Assembly (NCBI GenBank): GCA_963743615.1
Contig: CAVUQF010000003.1
Location: 60,999-124,998, forward strand
DNA: 64,000 bases
Direction: 5' to 3'
Source: an uncultured Nanoarchaeota archaeon
Lineage (GTDB): Archaea; Nanobdellota; Nanobdellia; Pacearchaeales; GW2011-AR1
In this document: positions 48,025 to 57,137 of the stretch, in pieces
Position numbering within the stretch: the stretch's first letter is position 1
How the letters are laid out: each line of letters opens with the position of its first letter
The notes under the pieces: generated by a model
Told to the model about the DNA's origin: nothing
What the model saw: only the letters and a program-made list of their open reading frames with translations
Databases searched by the model: none
Made by a program: the position numbers and the translations under genes

Positions 48025-48298
48025 ATTAAGATAGGGTATTTTAAAAAGCTGTCTAAAATCTACAGCTTCTTTTTTGGAAGAAGCCTCTTTACTAGTCTAA
48101 TTTTATCTCTTTTATTTCTAGCCTTGATTTTTCTCATGAAGACTTTTCTTGATTCTCTCCTTCCGCCTGTTTTGAGTTTCATTTTATTTGCAATAAATCT
48201 CCATTTAATAATTTAATGTTTCCAACTTTTAATTGAATTTCTTTGTTTATGGATTTATAATCCAAAATTATTAAAAGGTTAGAAGTGTCTTTTTATAA

Positions 48299-49093
48299 AT
48301 GGAAGCTCACATGGAGCCAGTCAATAAGGTAGAAGAGAAGATTATTGAAATAGGAATAAAGATAGCCAGACGAGGAGAAGGGGCAGTATTCATTCTTGGA
48401 GACAAGCTAAAGAATTACAAGTTTCTTGTTCCTCAAGATGTAAGGTCATTTAGCATAATTGATAATCCTAAGACTGCGGAATCGCTTGCATTACAGGATG
48501 GATGCGTGTGGGTTGATCAAATGGGAATTTTGAAAGGGTATGGAATAGCTATGACCAGACTTAATCCCATAATGAATAAAGGTACCAGACATGCCAGCGC
48601 TTCTTACGCTTCCAAACAGGGGAATAAAGTATTTTTGATCTCCCAGGAAGACAAAAAAATAAAGATTTTTATTAAAGGCAAAATAGTCATGGAGATAGAT
48701 GCTCTTGAAAAAGGAATAGAGAAAAAAACCAGTGAGATAGTGAGCATTTTCGAGAGTTTGGGCGCGGGAACATTAAGTGTTATGATAATGGGGGCTGCTT
48801 CCGCATTGATACCCTCTTTGTCTATGTTTGCATTTCCAATCTTGCCAGGGATAACTATCTTTACTTCGCTTTATGCATCTGCAAAGTCTATAAGGAATCT
48901 CCCTCCTGAGGGGGGCGAGAAGAAAAGAAGGATAATGAAGATTGTTATAGGAGGTATTGTTATAATCTTAGGTGTTGGAATTATGTTGATCCGTTCCAGT
49001 GTGGATATAAGACTGCGTTTGCTGACTGGAGGGGTTATCTCAGTTATTGGTTTCTTTGTCGCTTTTACGAGTAGAAAAAGGAAAGTAGAATGA
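48299..49093 (+). CDS. DAC (diadenylate cyclase, DisA_N)-domain protein with a C-terminal triple-TM anchor
   Basis: 'GAVFILGD' is followed 39 aa later by 'DGC', then 25 aa later by 'GTRHASA', then 'KVFLISQEDKKIKIF'. Spacing and motifs mirror CdaA (GALIV...HDGA...GTRHRAA...VVVSEETG). Three C-terminal TM helices follow. Confidence 0.65.
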   Translation: MEAHMEPVNKVEEKIIEIGIKIARRGEGAVFILGDKLKNYKFLVPQDVRSFSIIDNPKTAESLALQDGCVWVDQMGILKGYGIAMTRLNPIMNKGTRHASASYASKQGNKVFLISQEDKKIKIFIKGKIVMEIDALEKGIEKKTSEIVSIFESLGAGTLSVMIMGAASALIPSLSMFAFPILPGITIFTSLYASAKSIRNLPPEGGEKKRRIMKIVIGGIVIILGVGIMLIRSSVDIRLRLLTGGVISVIGFFVAFTSRKRKVE

Positions 49094-49725
49094 GCTCCAA
49101 GAAGGTGAAGAATTTTTTTAAAAAATTCTGGTTTTTACTTTGGAAAGATAATAGTTTCAAAGGATGGATTTTCTCTCTGATGTTTATTTTTGTTTTTATA
49201 AGATTTCTTTTCTTTCCTTTGCTTGCTTTAACGACAGGGACCTCTCTTCCTCTTGCAATTGTTGAATCGTGCAGTATGTATCACCAAGGGAATATTTTTT
49301 CTGACTTTAATTCTTGGTTTCAGAGGCATGATTTGAAGTATGAAGCATTAAATATAACAGAACAACAATTTGATAGATTCAGTTTGCATAATGGATTTGG
49401 TAAAGGAGATATTCTCTTTATTGTGGTGGTAAAACCGCAAAATATTCATGTTGGAGATATAATAGTGTATAATGCGCAGCAGCAGGCTCCAATTATTCAT
49501 AGAGTTATAAATATCACCAATAATAGTGGGACGTATTTCTTTTCGACAGAAGGAGATAATAATAACGGGCAGCTGAGTTTTGAGAATGGAATAAACCAGA
49601 ATCAAATTATTGGAAAAGCTTCATTTATGGTGGCTCCTTATATTGGATGGATAAAACTGATATTTTATCAAAATCAAGAGCCAGTTTATGAGAGGGGCTC
49701 TTGTTCGGAAACTCCCTCAAGTTGA
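49090..49725 (+). CDS. Signal peptidase I (archaeal Sec11/S26-like)
   Basis: N-terminal TM helix; 'ESCSMYHQG' SxSMxP-like catalytic Ser box; 'GDIIVY' box. The start overlaps the DAC gene stop (ATGA). Confidence 0.6.
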   Translation: MSSKKVKNFFKKFWFLLWKDNSFKGWIFSLMFIFVFIRFLFFPLLALTTGTSLPLAIVESCSMYHQGNIFSDFNSWFQRHDLKYEALNITEQQFDRFSLHNGFGKGDILFIVVVKPQNIHVGDIIVYNAQQQAPIIHRVINITNNSGTYFFSTEGDNNNGQLSFENGINQNQIIGKASFMVAPYIGWIKLIFYQNQEPVYERGSCSETPSS

Positions 49726-49780
49726 TAAACAAACATTTTTAAATAAATTCCCCTCATTAAGGAATATTATTTTATCTAAA

Positions 49781-50098
49781 ATGGAATTTTGTCCTAAGTG
49801 CGGAGCTGTTTTGATTGAAAAAACAAAAAATCTGGGTTGTCCTAGGTGTGGATACTCTAGCAAGACCAGCAAGGCAAAGGGTAAAATCACAACTTCAGAA
49901 AAGATGGTAGAACATGAAGATATAGGGGTAGTTTCGGATAAGGGAGAACAACCTTTGCCAGTAGTTCTGTTTAATTGTAGAAAATGCGGAAATGACAAGG
50001 CATATTTTTGGACAATTCAGACACGTTCTGGTGATGAGGCTGAGACAAAGTTCTTTAAGTGTACAAAGTGCGGGAATACTGTTAGGGAATATAGATGA
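49781..50098 (+). CDS. tfs: Transcription factor S (TFS)
   Basis: N-terminal Zn ribbon 'CPKCGAVL...CPRCG' and a C-terminal TFIIS-type ribbon 'CRKCGNDKAYFWTIQTRSGDEAETKFFKCTKCG'. Start placed at MEFCPKCG inside the longer ORF. Confidence 0.8.
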   Translation: MEFCPKCGAVLIEKTKNLGCPRCGYSSKTSKAKGKITTSEKMVEHEDIGVVSDKGEQPLPVVLFNCRKCGNDKAYFWTIQTRSGDEAETKFFKCTKCGNTVREYR

Positions 50099-50099
50099 T

Positions 50100-50531
50100 T
50101 TATTTTAACTTATCCTTATACAGTCTAAAAAATTCTGGCTCTAAAGAGTGCAATGGACTTGGTAGATTATCTAAGGTGAACCATCCTATTTCGTCAAATT
50201 TATGAGGCTCACCATTTTTTACCTTATTTTTGTCAACTAGAACAGAGAAGTCCAAAGTGATCCAATGAGTCTTTTTTCCTTCATTTAATCTATGGCAGTC
50301 TCGATATCCAAGAAATTTGTAACTCAAAACATCCGTGCTATACTCCTCTAATATTTCTTTTTTAAGAGTATGTTCTACACTATCATGAACTTCGAGAGCT
50401 CCTCCTCCAATATCCCATCTCCCTTGCTCATCCCTACAATTTTTGGAGCGCTTGTTCATTAAAAAGTTTCCCTCATTATCATGACAAAGAAATACTACTG
50501 AAATTCCAGTGTAATCTATCCCAACTTCCAT
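50100..50531 (-). CDS. NUDIX hydrolase
   Basis: Nudix box 'GGGALEVHDSVEHTLKKEILEE'. Confidence 0.7.
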   Translation of the reverse strand: MEVGIDYTGISVVFLCHDNEGNFLMNKRSKNCRDEQGRWDIGGGALEVHDSVEHTLKKEILEEYSTDVLSYKFLGYRDCHRLNEGKKTHWITLDFSVLVDKNKVKNGEPHKFDEIGWFTLDNLPSPLHSLEPEFFRLYKDKLK

Positions 50532-50573
50532 GACTAATCTCTTTTAAGAATTGGATATAAATATTTCTATACT

Positions 50574-50843
50574 CTAGGTTGTTTTCTTTTCTATTCTTTC
50601 GGCATACCCACATTTGCCACATTTTATCATGACTAAGTCACTTTCATCAGAATACTGGGCCCCTAAATCAAGCAACTCCGCTTTTCCATAACCGCACTTC
50701 TTGCATTTGTGATTAAATGTTGCAAATATATCTTCATCTTTAACTACTCCTTCTCCTATTTTTTTGTGTCTGATCCTCTCCTTTTCAATTATTTTGTGCG
50801 GCATTTTTGTAGTAAGAGATAGATATTTAAAGAATTTTCCCAA
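50574..50843 (-). CDS. Possible transcription elongation factor Elf1-like zinc-ribbon protein
   Basis: Basic N-terminus followed by C-x2-C-x23-C-x2-C, matching Elf1 organisation. The true start may be the internal Met (MPHKII...). Confidence 0.4.
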   Translation of the reverse strand: MGKFFKYLSLTTKMPHKIIEKERIRHKKIGEGVVKDEDIFATFNHKCKKCGYGKAELLDLGAQYSDESDLVMIKCGKCGYAERIEKKTT

Positions 50844-50855
50844 ATTTTATTGCAT

Positions 50856-50929
50856 GGTTCCGTAGCTCAGCTTGGTAGAGCACTGGACTCTTAATCCAGG
50901 TGTCGGGGGTCCAAATCCCCTCGGGACCA
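50856..50929 (+). tRNA. tRNA-Lys (CUU)
   Basis: Acceptor GGTTCCG/CGGGACC with a U-G pair, D-arm GCTC..GAGC, anticodon stem CTGGA/TCCAG with loop CTCTTAA, T-arm GGGGG-TCCAAAT-CCCCT (C at position 55). Confidence 0.7.
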
Positions 50930-50932
50930 CTT

Positions 50933-51268
50933 TTAATCTTCTTCTGCCTTTGTATCCTTGTTTTTTAGCTTGTCCCAGAATTCTGCTCTTTCTATGCCTG
51001 CATAAAAATGACTTTTTCCCTCTTTTCTAAGCCTCCAATAAATCAAATTACCATTAACGGTATCAATCCTTCTTGCAACTTTTATCAAGGCTCTTTTTGC
51101 TGCGGATAGGGCTTGAGGTTTGGAATTTGGGTTTTTTAGTCTCTTCTCCTCTTCTTTCTTCCATTTCAAAACTTCCTTCATTTCTTCTTGCGCTTCTTTA
51201 TATTTTTCTTCAATCTCAGTTTTGGTTAGAGGGGGAAATTTTATTCCTCTGTATCCATTATTGACCAT
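50933..51268 (-). CDS. hypothetical protein (111 aa, charged)
   Basis: Intact ORF. Confidence 0.4.
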   Translation of the reverse strand: MVNNGYRGIKFPPLTKTEIEEKYKEAQEEMKEVLKWKKEEEKRLKNPNSKPQALSAAKRALIKVARRIDTVNGNLIYWRLRKEGKSHFYAGIERAEFWDKLKNKDTKAEED

Positions 51269-51300
51269 TATAAGATAAAGGAGATATTTCTTTTAAAATC

Positions 51301-51492
51301 TTAGTGGTGCTTGAAGAATTCTATCTGCCTAAAACGTTTTAAGACTTTATCATAAGGTCCTTCTTCAACCAAGACTTTTGTTTGGGCTTCATTTAATAGT
51401 CTAAAAGTATAATCTTCAACAGATCCTTCAATTTTTTCTTTTCCTGGATATTTCTTCCATCTTCCACCACCTTTTCTGTATTGGAGAACCAT
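51301..51492 (-). CDS. hypothetical small protein (63 aa)
   Basis: Intact ORF. Confidence 0.3.
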   Translation of the reverse strand: MVLQYRKGGGRWKKYPGKEKIEGSVEDYTFRLLNEAQTKVLVEEGPYDKVLKRFRQIEFFKHH

Positions 51493-51522
51493 AATTATCT
51501 CAGATGAATATTATATATAAAA

Positions 51523-52266
51523 TTAATCTAAGTCCTTGACTTTTCCGAAATCATATACTTCATCTTTTCCTATTACAAAAATTTCAGAATTAAGAACAGC
51601 TTCTTTTGGGAGTATAGAAAAATATTTCTGGTAATCTTCCTTGTAATCATTTACGCTCGTTCCTTCTATTATTTCAAAAAAGCTTGGAAGTATAATAATC
51701 TCTTTTTTTTGGAATTGTGTTACTAAAAAACATTTGAATTTCTCTCTTTTTACATTTGCTTGATCTGAAATTATAACAGAAGGATGCATATGCCCCATTA
51801 CGATTGTCTTTATTCTTTCATCATAGATTTCGGGAAAGGACATATGTCCGTGGATAAAGCAGACATCATCTTTTATGTAATAATTTTTCATCTTTTTTCC
51901 AGAATAGTCTATTTTGTCATGATTTCCTTTTATAAGGATAATCTCATTATCATCAAAATATTTTTTAAGAAAATCTAAAACTTCATCAAACATTCTTCTT
52001 TCACCGAATTCAAATCCAAAATAGTGCTTTATATCCCCTAGAAAGACTATTTTTTTCATTTCAAATCCTTTCTCTTTTATTGCGGTGAAAATTTTTTTTA
52101 AGTCTTCTATAGTTTCTTTTGTCTGGCTTTCGGGAATTGCCACTCCGGACTGCCTGAGCATTAGTTCATAACCTAAATGTAAATCTCCAACAGCCAGAAT
52201 TCCGCTTTTTGGGAAAAATACAGTTTTGTCTATGAAGGTATAATCTTTTGGTTCTTGTTTTCTCAT
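51523..52266 (-). CDS. Calcineurin-like metallophosphoesterase (ICC-like)
   Basis: 'AVGDLHLG', 'GNHD' and 'GHMH' motifs. Confidence 0.7.
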   Translation of the reverse strand: MRKQEPKDYTFIDKTVFFPKSGILAVGDLHLGYELMLRQSGVAIPESQTKETIEDLKKIFTAIKEKGFEMKKIVFLGDIKHYFGFEFGERRMFDEVLDFLKKYFDDNEIILIKGNHDKIDYSGKKMKNYYIKDDVCFIHGHMSFPEIYDERIKTIVMGHMHPSVIISDQANVKREKFKCFLVTQFQKKEIIILPSFFEIIEGTSVNDYKEDYQKYFSILPKEAVLNSEIFVIGKDEVYDFGKVKDLD

Positions 52267-52514
52267 ATGAAATTTCCTTTCCTAATATTTATATACTTCA
52301 CTGTCTTTTGTAAGTTATGAGATTTTTACAGCAATGTAGAAGTCTGAAGTGCAGAAGGCCTTTCGGAATTTTGCCGGAAATGATAAAGGGAAATATCTCT
52401 AAGACAGTAAATTGTCCTCACTGCGGGCATAGTAATAAGATAACAAATCTGACCTTACAACGGTTTAAACTTATGTTCTGATTAAATTTATAAACTTATT
52501 TTTTATAATTCTGT

Positions 52515-52637
52515 TATGGCATCGACACCAAAAGGTCCTCAAAAGATGAAGCTAGACTACAATATTGATAGGCAGACTTATGACGATTTTGTGAGAGCAT
52601 GCAGCAGAAAAGGCCTTGCCCCCCAAATTGTTGTTGA
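52515..52637 (+). pseudogene. Small RHH-like ORF interrupted at a C7 homopolymer. It reads 40 aa as given. With 6 C it would read a 53-aa MASTPKGPQKMKLDYNIDRQTYDDFVRACSRKGLAPQIVVEKLMKKFTETGQM ending at 52677
   Basis: Hand translation; the poly-C tract is at 52618-52624. Confidence 0.25.
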
Positions 52638-52683
52638 AAAGTTAATGAAGAAATTTACTGAAACTGGACAGATGTAAGTTTAG

Positions 52684-55281
52684 CTAGTATTCTAGACCCA
52701 TGCTCCTACTGATTTCTTTAAGATGGAGTTCATGCATTCTTCTAAGGAAAGCTTGCTTATCTTCTATTCTTATCAAATCTGAATACCCCTGAATAATTAA
52801 ATTTGTTGCGAATGGGGATGGGATAATTGTATCAATGAATTTTATTTTTACTTTCCCCTCTTTTATCCAGCCTATAACTTTTTTTGCATTTTCAATATCC
52901 ATCAAATCTTCCAGGACTTCTCTTCTTGCCTCCCTTAAAATTGGAAATTCGTTTGTTATCTTTTTTACAGCGTGAAGAAGGAAATGGCTTTTCATTTGCT
53001 GCTTTCCTACGGTCTTGTTCATTCCCTTGTAATTTCTTAGAATCATAAGAGAACGAGTTGCACAGTGTCGGAATCTTCTTGCAAGTACATCTGTTTTTTC
53101 AATTGCTTCTTTTAAGACTTCATCAAGCTTGTCTGGAGTCAGATAATTAAGTGCCTTGTCAATGTTTAGCTTTTCTCCTGCAAGGTAAAATCCATTATCA
53201 TTTATTCCCACTTCGACATCTCTGCTTCCATCTTGCCCTACAAGGAAGCCCAAGGCACGTGACAGGGCATCATTTACACGCCTGCCATACATGCTATGGA
53301 AGATAAGAGATTTTTTCTCGGCTCTATATCTTTCGACAATCATAAGCTTTTCATTTGGGATTCCCATAAATTTATGCTGTTCATAAAAATATTCATAAAT
53401 CTTCTTTGCGGTATCCTTTGGAACATACAAATATTCGCAGATAGAATCTTCGATTTCTCCTCTTTCCTTCTTGGCTGAAAATTTCTCATGCATTAACAAT
53501 CTGAATTTGTTTATTTCCAATCCAGAATCAAAACTAAGGGGAAGCATTTCAGAAAACCAGGAAGGAATTGTTGGGGAGAGCTGTTCTGCAGAGTTTACGT
53601 AAAGATTCATTCCCCGGGAGTATGAATATTGATACTTCCTTCCTCCGAGAACAAATACATCCCCTTTTTTCATTCTCTCCATAAATCCTTCATCAATGAA
53701 TCCAAGCTGTTCTTGAGTTTTTGCATTTTTTACAGTTATGAACGATTCATCTGGAATTGTTCCTATATTTGTCATGTAAAGAACTCTAGCCATTTTTCCT
53801 TTTTTCCCAATCTGTTTTGTGGTTTCATCATACCAGATTTTTCCGTAAACATAATTCTTTTCAAGATCATAATCTCCTGAAAGGTAGCTTATAATATCCA
53901 GGAAATCTTTTCTCTCAAGAGTGGAGTAACAGTAACTTCTTTTTATCGTTGTAAATAGCTCCTCTATATCCCAGATTTTGTAAATTGCCATGCCATAAAT
54001 TTGCTGTGCAAGCACGTCAAGGCAATTTCTTGGAAATTTGATTTTGTTTATTTTTCTTTCAATCATCTCTTTCTGAATTACCGAACACTCAACTAAATCA
54101 TCCCTATCTGTTACAATGAATCTTCCCTTTGCCGTATCATGAAACTTGTGCCCGGATCTTCCAAGTCTCTGCAGGGCTCTTGCGCTTGATTTTGGTGAAC
54201 CAATCATGATTACTAGGTCAATATATCCGATATCAATTCCAAGCTCCAAACTTGTGGAACAAACGACAACTTTCAATTCTCCATTTCTTAATCTTTCTTC
54301 AACATCAAACCTATGACTTTTTGAAAGCGATGAGTGGTGTGCTGCTATATTGCTATCTCCATATTCTGTAGGAAATTTCTCTTTTAAAGTGCTTACAATT
54401 CTTTCTGTTGCGGAACGGGTATTTGTGAAAATAAGTGTTGTTTTATGCTCTTTTATCAGTTTTCCTAACAGATCATACATGCTATTGAAAATATTTACAT
54501 CTTCAATCAGATTATTTGTTGGAGTGAGAACGGCAATGTCTAATTTTTTGGCCATTGGAACACGGGCAATCAAAACTTCTCTATCCGCTCCTTCTCCAAC
54601 CAAAAATTTTCCAACTTCTTCCATTGGTTCTATTGTTGCACTTAGCCCTATTTTTGTAGGCCAGATGTTGCTTATTTCATTTAGCCTTTCCATTGTAATG
54701 TTGAGATAAGTTCCTCTTTTGTTGTCAAATGCATGAATTTCATCTATTATGAAGAATTCAACGGCTTTCAGGTTTTCTACGAATTTTGGGCTGGTTAAGA
54801 CGATAGCGAGAGATTCTGGGGTGGTTACAAGAATATGTGGTGACTTTCTTGCCATCTTTGCCCTTTCTGCAACAGTAGTATCTCCCGTTCTTAATCCAAT
54901 TCTAATCGGTTGAAGCTTGATATTCTTTTTTTCAGCCAGTGCCTTTATCTCTTCAAGAGGCTCTATCAAGTTTTTGTGAATATCATTACTAAGAGCCTTC
55001 AAAGGAGAGGTATAAACGGCATAAACTCTATCCTCAAGGCTTCCGTTCTCTGCCTGGATGATTAAGTAATTCAAGATAGACAAGAAAGCTGTTAGGGTCT
55101 TAGTACCCCCTGTTGGGGCGGATATAAGAATGTCCTTCCTATTCCAAATATTCAAAACACCATATTCTTGGGTTGGTGAAAGGGCTTCAAACTTTGAAAA
55201 GAACCATTCTCTAACCAAAGGGTGAAGTATTTCCTTTGTTTCTTTTGTTGAGTTTCTCTCTGCCTGTATTATTTTTACCAT
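52684..55281 (-). CDS. lhr: Lhr-like SF2 (DExH) ATP-dependent helicase
   Basis: 'APTGGTKTLTAFLSILN' (Lhr-type motif I), 'DEIH' motif II, 'SAT' motif III, helicase C domain and a long C-terminal region; 865 aa. Confidence 0.7.
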   Translation of the reverse strand: MVKIIQAERNSTKETKEILHPLVREWFFSKFEALSPTQEYGVLNIWNRKDILISAPTGGTKTLTAFLSILNYLIIQAENGSLEDRVYAVYTSPLKALSNDIHKNLIEPLEEIKALAEKKNIKLQPIRIGLRTGDTTVAERAKMARKSPHILVTTPESLAIVLTSPKFVENLKAVEFFIIDEIHAFDNKRGTYLNITMERLNEISNIWPTKIGLSATIEPMEEVGKFLVGEGADREVLIARVPMAKKLDIAVLTPTNNLIEDVNIFNSMYDLLGKLIKEHKTTLIFTNTRSATERIVSTLKEKFPTEYGDSNIAAHHSSLSKSHRFDVEERLRNGELKVVVCSTSLELGIDIGYIDLVIMIGSPKSSARALQRLGRSGHKFHDTAKGRFIVTDRDDLVECSVIQKEMIERKINKIKFPRNCLDVLAQQIYGMAIYKIWDIEELFTTIKRSYCYSTLERKDFLDIISYLSGDYDLEKNYVYGKIWYDETTKQIGKKGKMARVLYMTNIGTIPDESFITVKNAKTQEQLGFIDEGFMERMKKGDVFVLGGRKYQYSYSRGMNLYVNSAEQLSPTIPSWFSEMLPLSFDSGLEINKFRLLMHEKFSAKKERGEIEDSICEYLYVPKDTAKKIYEYFYEQHKFMGIPNEKLMIVERYRAEKKSLIFHSMYGRRVNDALSRALGFLVGQDGSRDVEVGINDNGFYLAGEKLNIDKALNYLTPDKLDEVLKEAIEKTDVLARRFRHCATRSLMILRNYKGMNKTVGKQQMKSHFLLHAVKKITNEFPILREARREVLEDLMDIENAKKVIGWIKEGKVKIKFIDTIIPSPFATNLIIQGYSDLIRIEDKQAFLRRMHELHLKEISRSMGLEY

Positions 55282-55342
55282 AGAATCTTAGTTATATATT
55301 TTCAATTATATAAGTGTTTCAAGTTCTATACAAGGCGAGATT

Positions 55343-55609
55343 TTATTTGACAAGATTTTGTATAAGCTCAATGTGATCAGCTACTTCTTTTCCTTTCTTT
55401 GTAAGCTTTATCAGCTTTACTCGCCCCTTTTTCTCAAACAGAACTAGCCCTAATTTTTCAAGGGTTTGCAAAATCTTTACAGCGTGGCTGTAAGTGCAGT
55501 CAACTTCTTTTGCAAGAATGCTGCCATATCTCATCCTTGTATTCTTCTTCAAGAAAACCAGCATCAAGGCAGGCTTTCTCCTGAAAAAAATGTCGAAATT
55601 GTCTTTCAT
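55343..55609 (-). CDS. Winged-helix transcription regulator (small, MarR/PadR-like)
   Basis: 'GSILAKEVDCTYSHAVKILQTLEKLGLV' HTH followed by a wing; divergent from the SGNH gene pair. Confidence 0.5.
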   Translation of the reverse strand: MKDNFDIFFRRKPALMLVFLKKNTRMRYGSILAKEVDCTYSHAVKILQTLEKLGLVLFEKKGRVKLIKLTKKGKEVADHIELIQNLVK

Positions 55610-55789
55610 TTTGAGATATGTTTTTTAATGTATATATCCAGATGGTAGGGTCCTTTTAAATCTTTCGAACTATTCGGCTTTGTAAATTAAGTCGATAATT
55701 TAAGGGACTTTTTTTACAGAAGTTACTTTATTTACAGAGCTAAAATATTAAATAAATTTAAATAATTTGGGCATATTTTAGGTACGAAA

Positions 55790-57133
55790 ATGAGAAAAGA
55801 AATGGCCAAAAAAGAAGTGAGCAAAAAACAGAAAGCAATGAGATATTTTCTCTGGACCATTCTGGGAGTTGTTGCAATAATAGGGATGATTGCAGCACAG
55901 ACTATAATTTCTGATCAGCAAGTCCAGACTGATTACATAAATGCTTCAAATATAAGTTATAATGGCGGGCAACTGGGTTTAAATCCAAGCAATGGGGTTC
56001 TCATTGGAGATAGCACAACAGCTGCTTATGTAGGTCAGAATAATATTGCATATTATCTTCTCACAAATGCAGATACTTTAATGGGAACAACTATCACGAC
56101 GGATGCAGTTCCTGGGCAAACAATTCAGCAGCAGCAGGCGGTATGGGACGCAGATGCAAACAAGGCAAATTATGATTGGATAATTGTCATGGTTGGATTA
56201 AATGACTGCATAAATTATAGTGATACTTCTGCCAATATCCTCTCAAGATATCAGACCTTTATCAATGATATTGATTCAAGCAAGAAATCAAGTGCTATCG
56301 TTATAATCGCAACAATGACACCTGCAAGACAGCGTTTTTATGATTTATACGGCTCGGTAAATGGATCGATAGATTATCAATTGTGGCTTGATGTGAATAA
56401 TGGAATAATGGGCAACGGGGCAAATGCTATACAAAATGTTTCTTACAGAATAGATGAGCATACTATTGCATTAAATGACGGAAATGGAAGTCTTGCTTCT
56501 TTCTATAATGTAAGCGATAATGTTCACGAGAACAATCTTGGAAGGCAGTTAGTAGCAAACGCATTCAGGAAAACATTAAACCAGGCAGGTTATTTAACTA
56601 ATGTCCCAAGTGAGATTATCGATAATTATTTCGGGAACATAAACAATACGATCTACCTTAAAGGGGGATGGTTAAATTACTTGCAGATTCAATCAAATTC
56701 AAGTGCAGGAACAGAACCAAGCGGAGATATTATTCAGCTTCGTGTCGGAAATTGGAATACTGGAGGTAACTCTGGAATCTCGATAAGCAGACCTGCAAAT
56801 TACAGGACTTCTGGATTGTATTTCCAGACGGGAACAACTAATGATTGGTTTATAGGAACTCCTTACAATGGAGGTGCTGCAAGCACTTCTTTGACAATAG
56901 GAAGCTCTGCAGCCATTTCGGCTGAAAAGATGATAATAACAAATTCAGGAGATGTTGGAATAAATACAATCTCTCCGAATGAGACTCTATCAATAAATGG
57001 AATGATGCAGTTAAATGAGACCTTATCTCCCCCATCATGCACCGCAACTTCCAACGGGAGCATTGCAAGAAATGCAACTGGTTTAATATATTGCAATCTC
57101 GTAGGTAATTGGGTTTATCTGTATACAGGATAA
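55790..57133 (+). CDS. Membrane-anchored extracellular SGNH/GDSL hydrolase with a fibre-like C-terminal region and a Cys-containing terminal knob (paralog 1)
   Basis: Signal anchor; SGNH blocks 'LIGDSTT', 'GLNDC' and 'DNVHEN'; C-terminal 'SGDVGINTISPNETLSINGMMQLN' and 'PPSCTATSNGSIARNATGLIYCNLVGNWVYL'. Confidence 0.6.
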   Translation: MRKEMAKKEVSKKQKAMRYFLWTILGVVAIIGMIAAQTIISDQQVQTDYINASNISYNGGQLGLNPSNGVLIGDSTTAAYVGQNNIAYYLLTNADTLMGTTITTDAVPGQTIQQQQAVWDADANKANYDWIIVMVGLNDCINYSDTSANILSRYQTFINDIDSSKKSSAIVIIATMTPARQRFYDLYGSVNGSIDYQLWLDVNNGIMGNGANAIQNVSYRIDEHTIALNDGNGSLASFYNVSDNVHENNLGRQLVANAFRKTLNQAGYLTNVPSEIIDNYFGNINNTIYLKGGWLNYLQIQSNSSAGTEPSGDIIQLRVGNWNTGGNSGISISRPANYRTSGLYFQTGTTNDWFIGTPYNGGAASTSLTIGSSAAISAEKMIITNSGDVGINTISPNETLSINGMMQLNETLSPPSCTATSNGSIARNATGLIYCNLVGNWVYLYTG

Positions 57134-57137
57134 AAAA

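Noticed and set aside
49688-49780. N-terminal extension of the TFS ORF
   Set aside because: It overlaps the signal-peptidase 3' end. TFS homology starts at MEFCPKCG (49781).
52380-52481. 33-aa ORF with a single CPHCGH motif
   Set aside because: There is only one CxxC pair, so it is not a complete zinc ribbon. It is retained only as a note within the intergenic-region finding.
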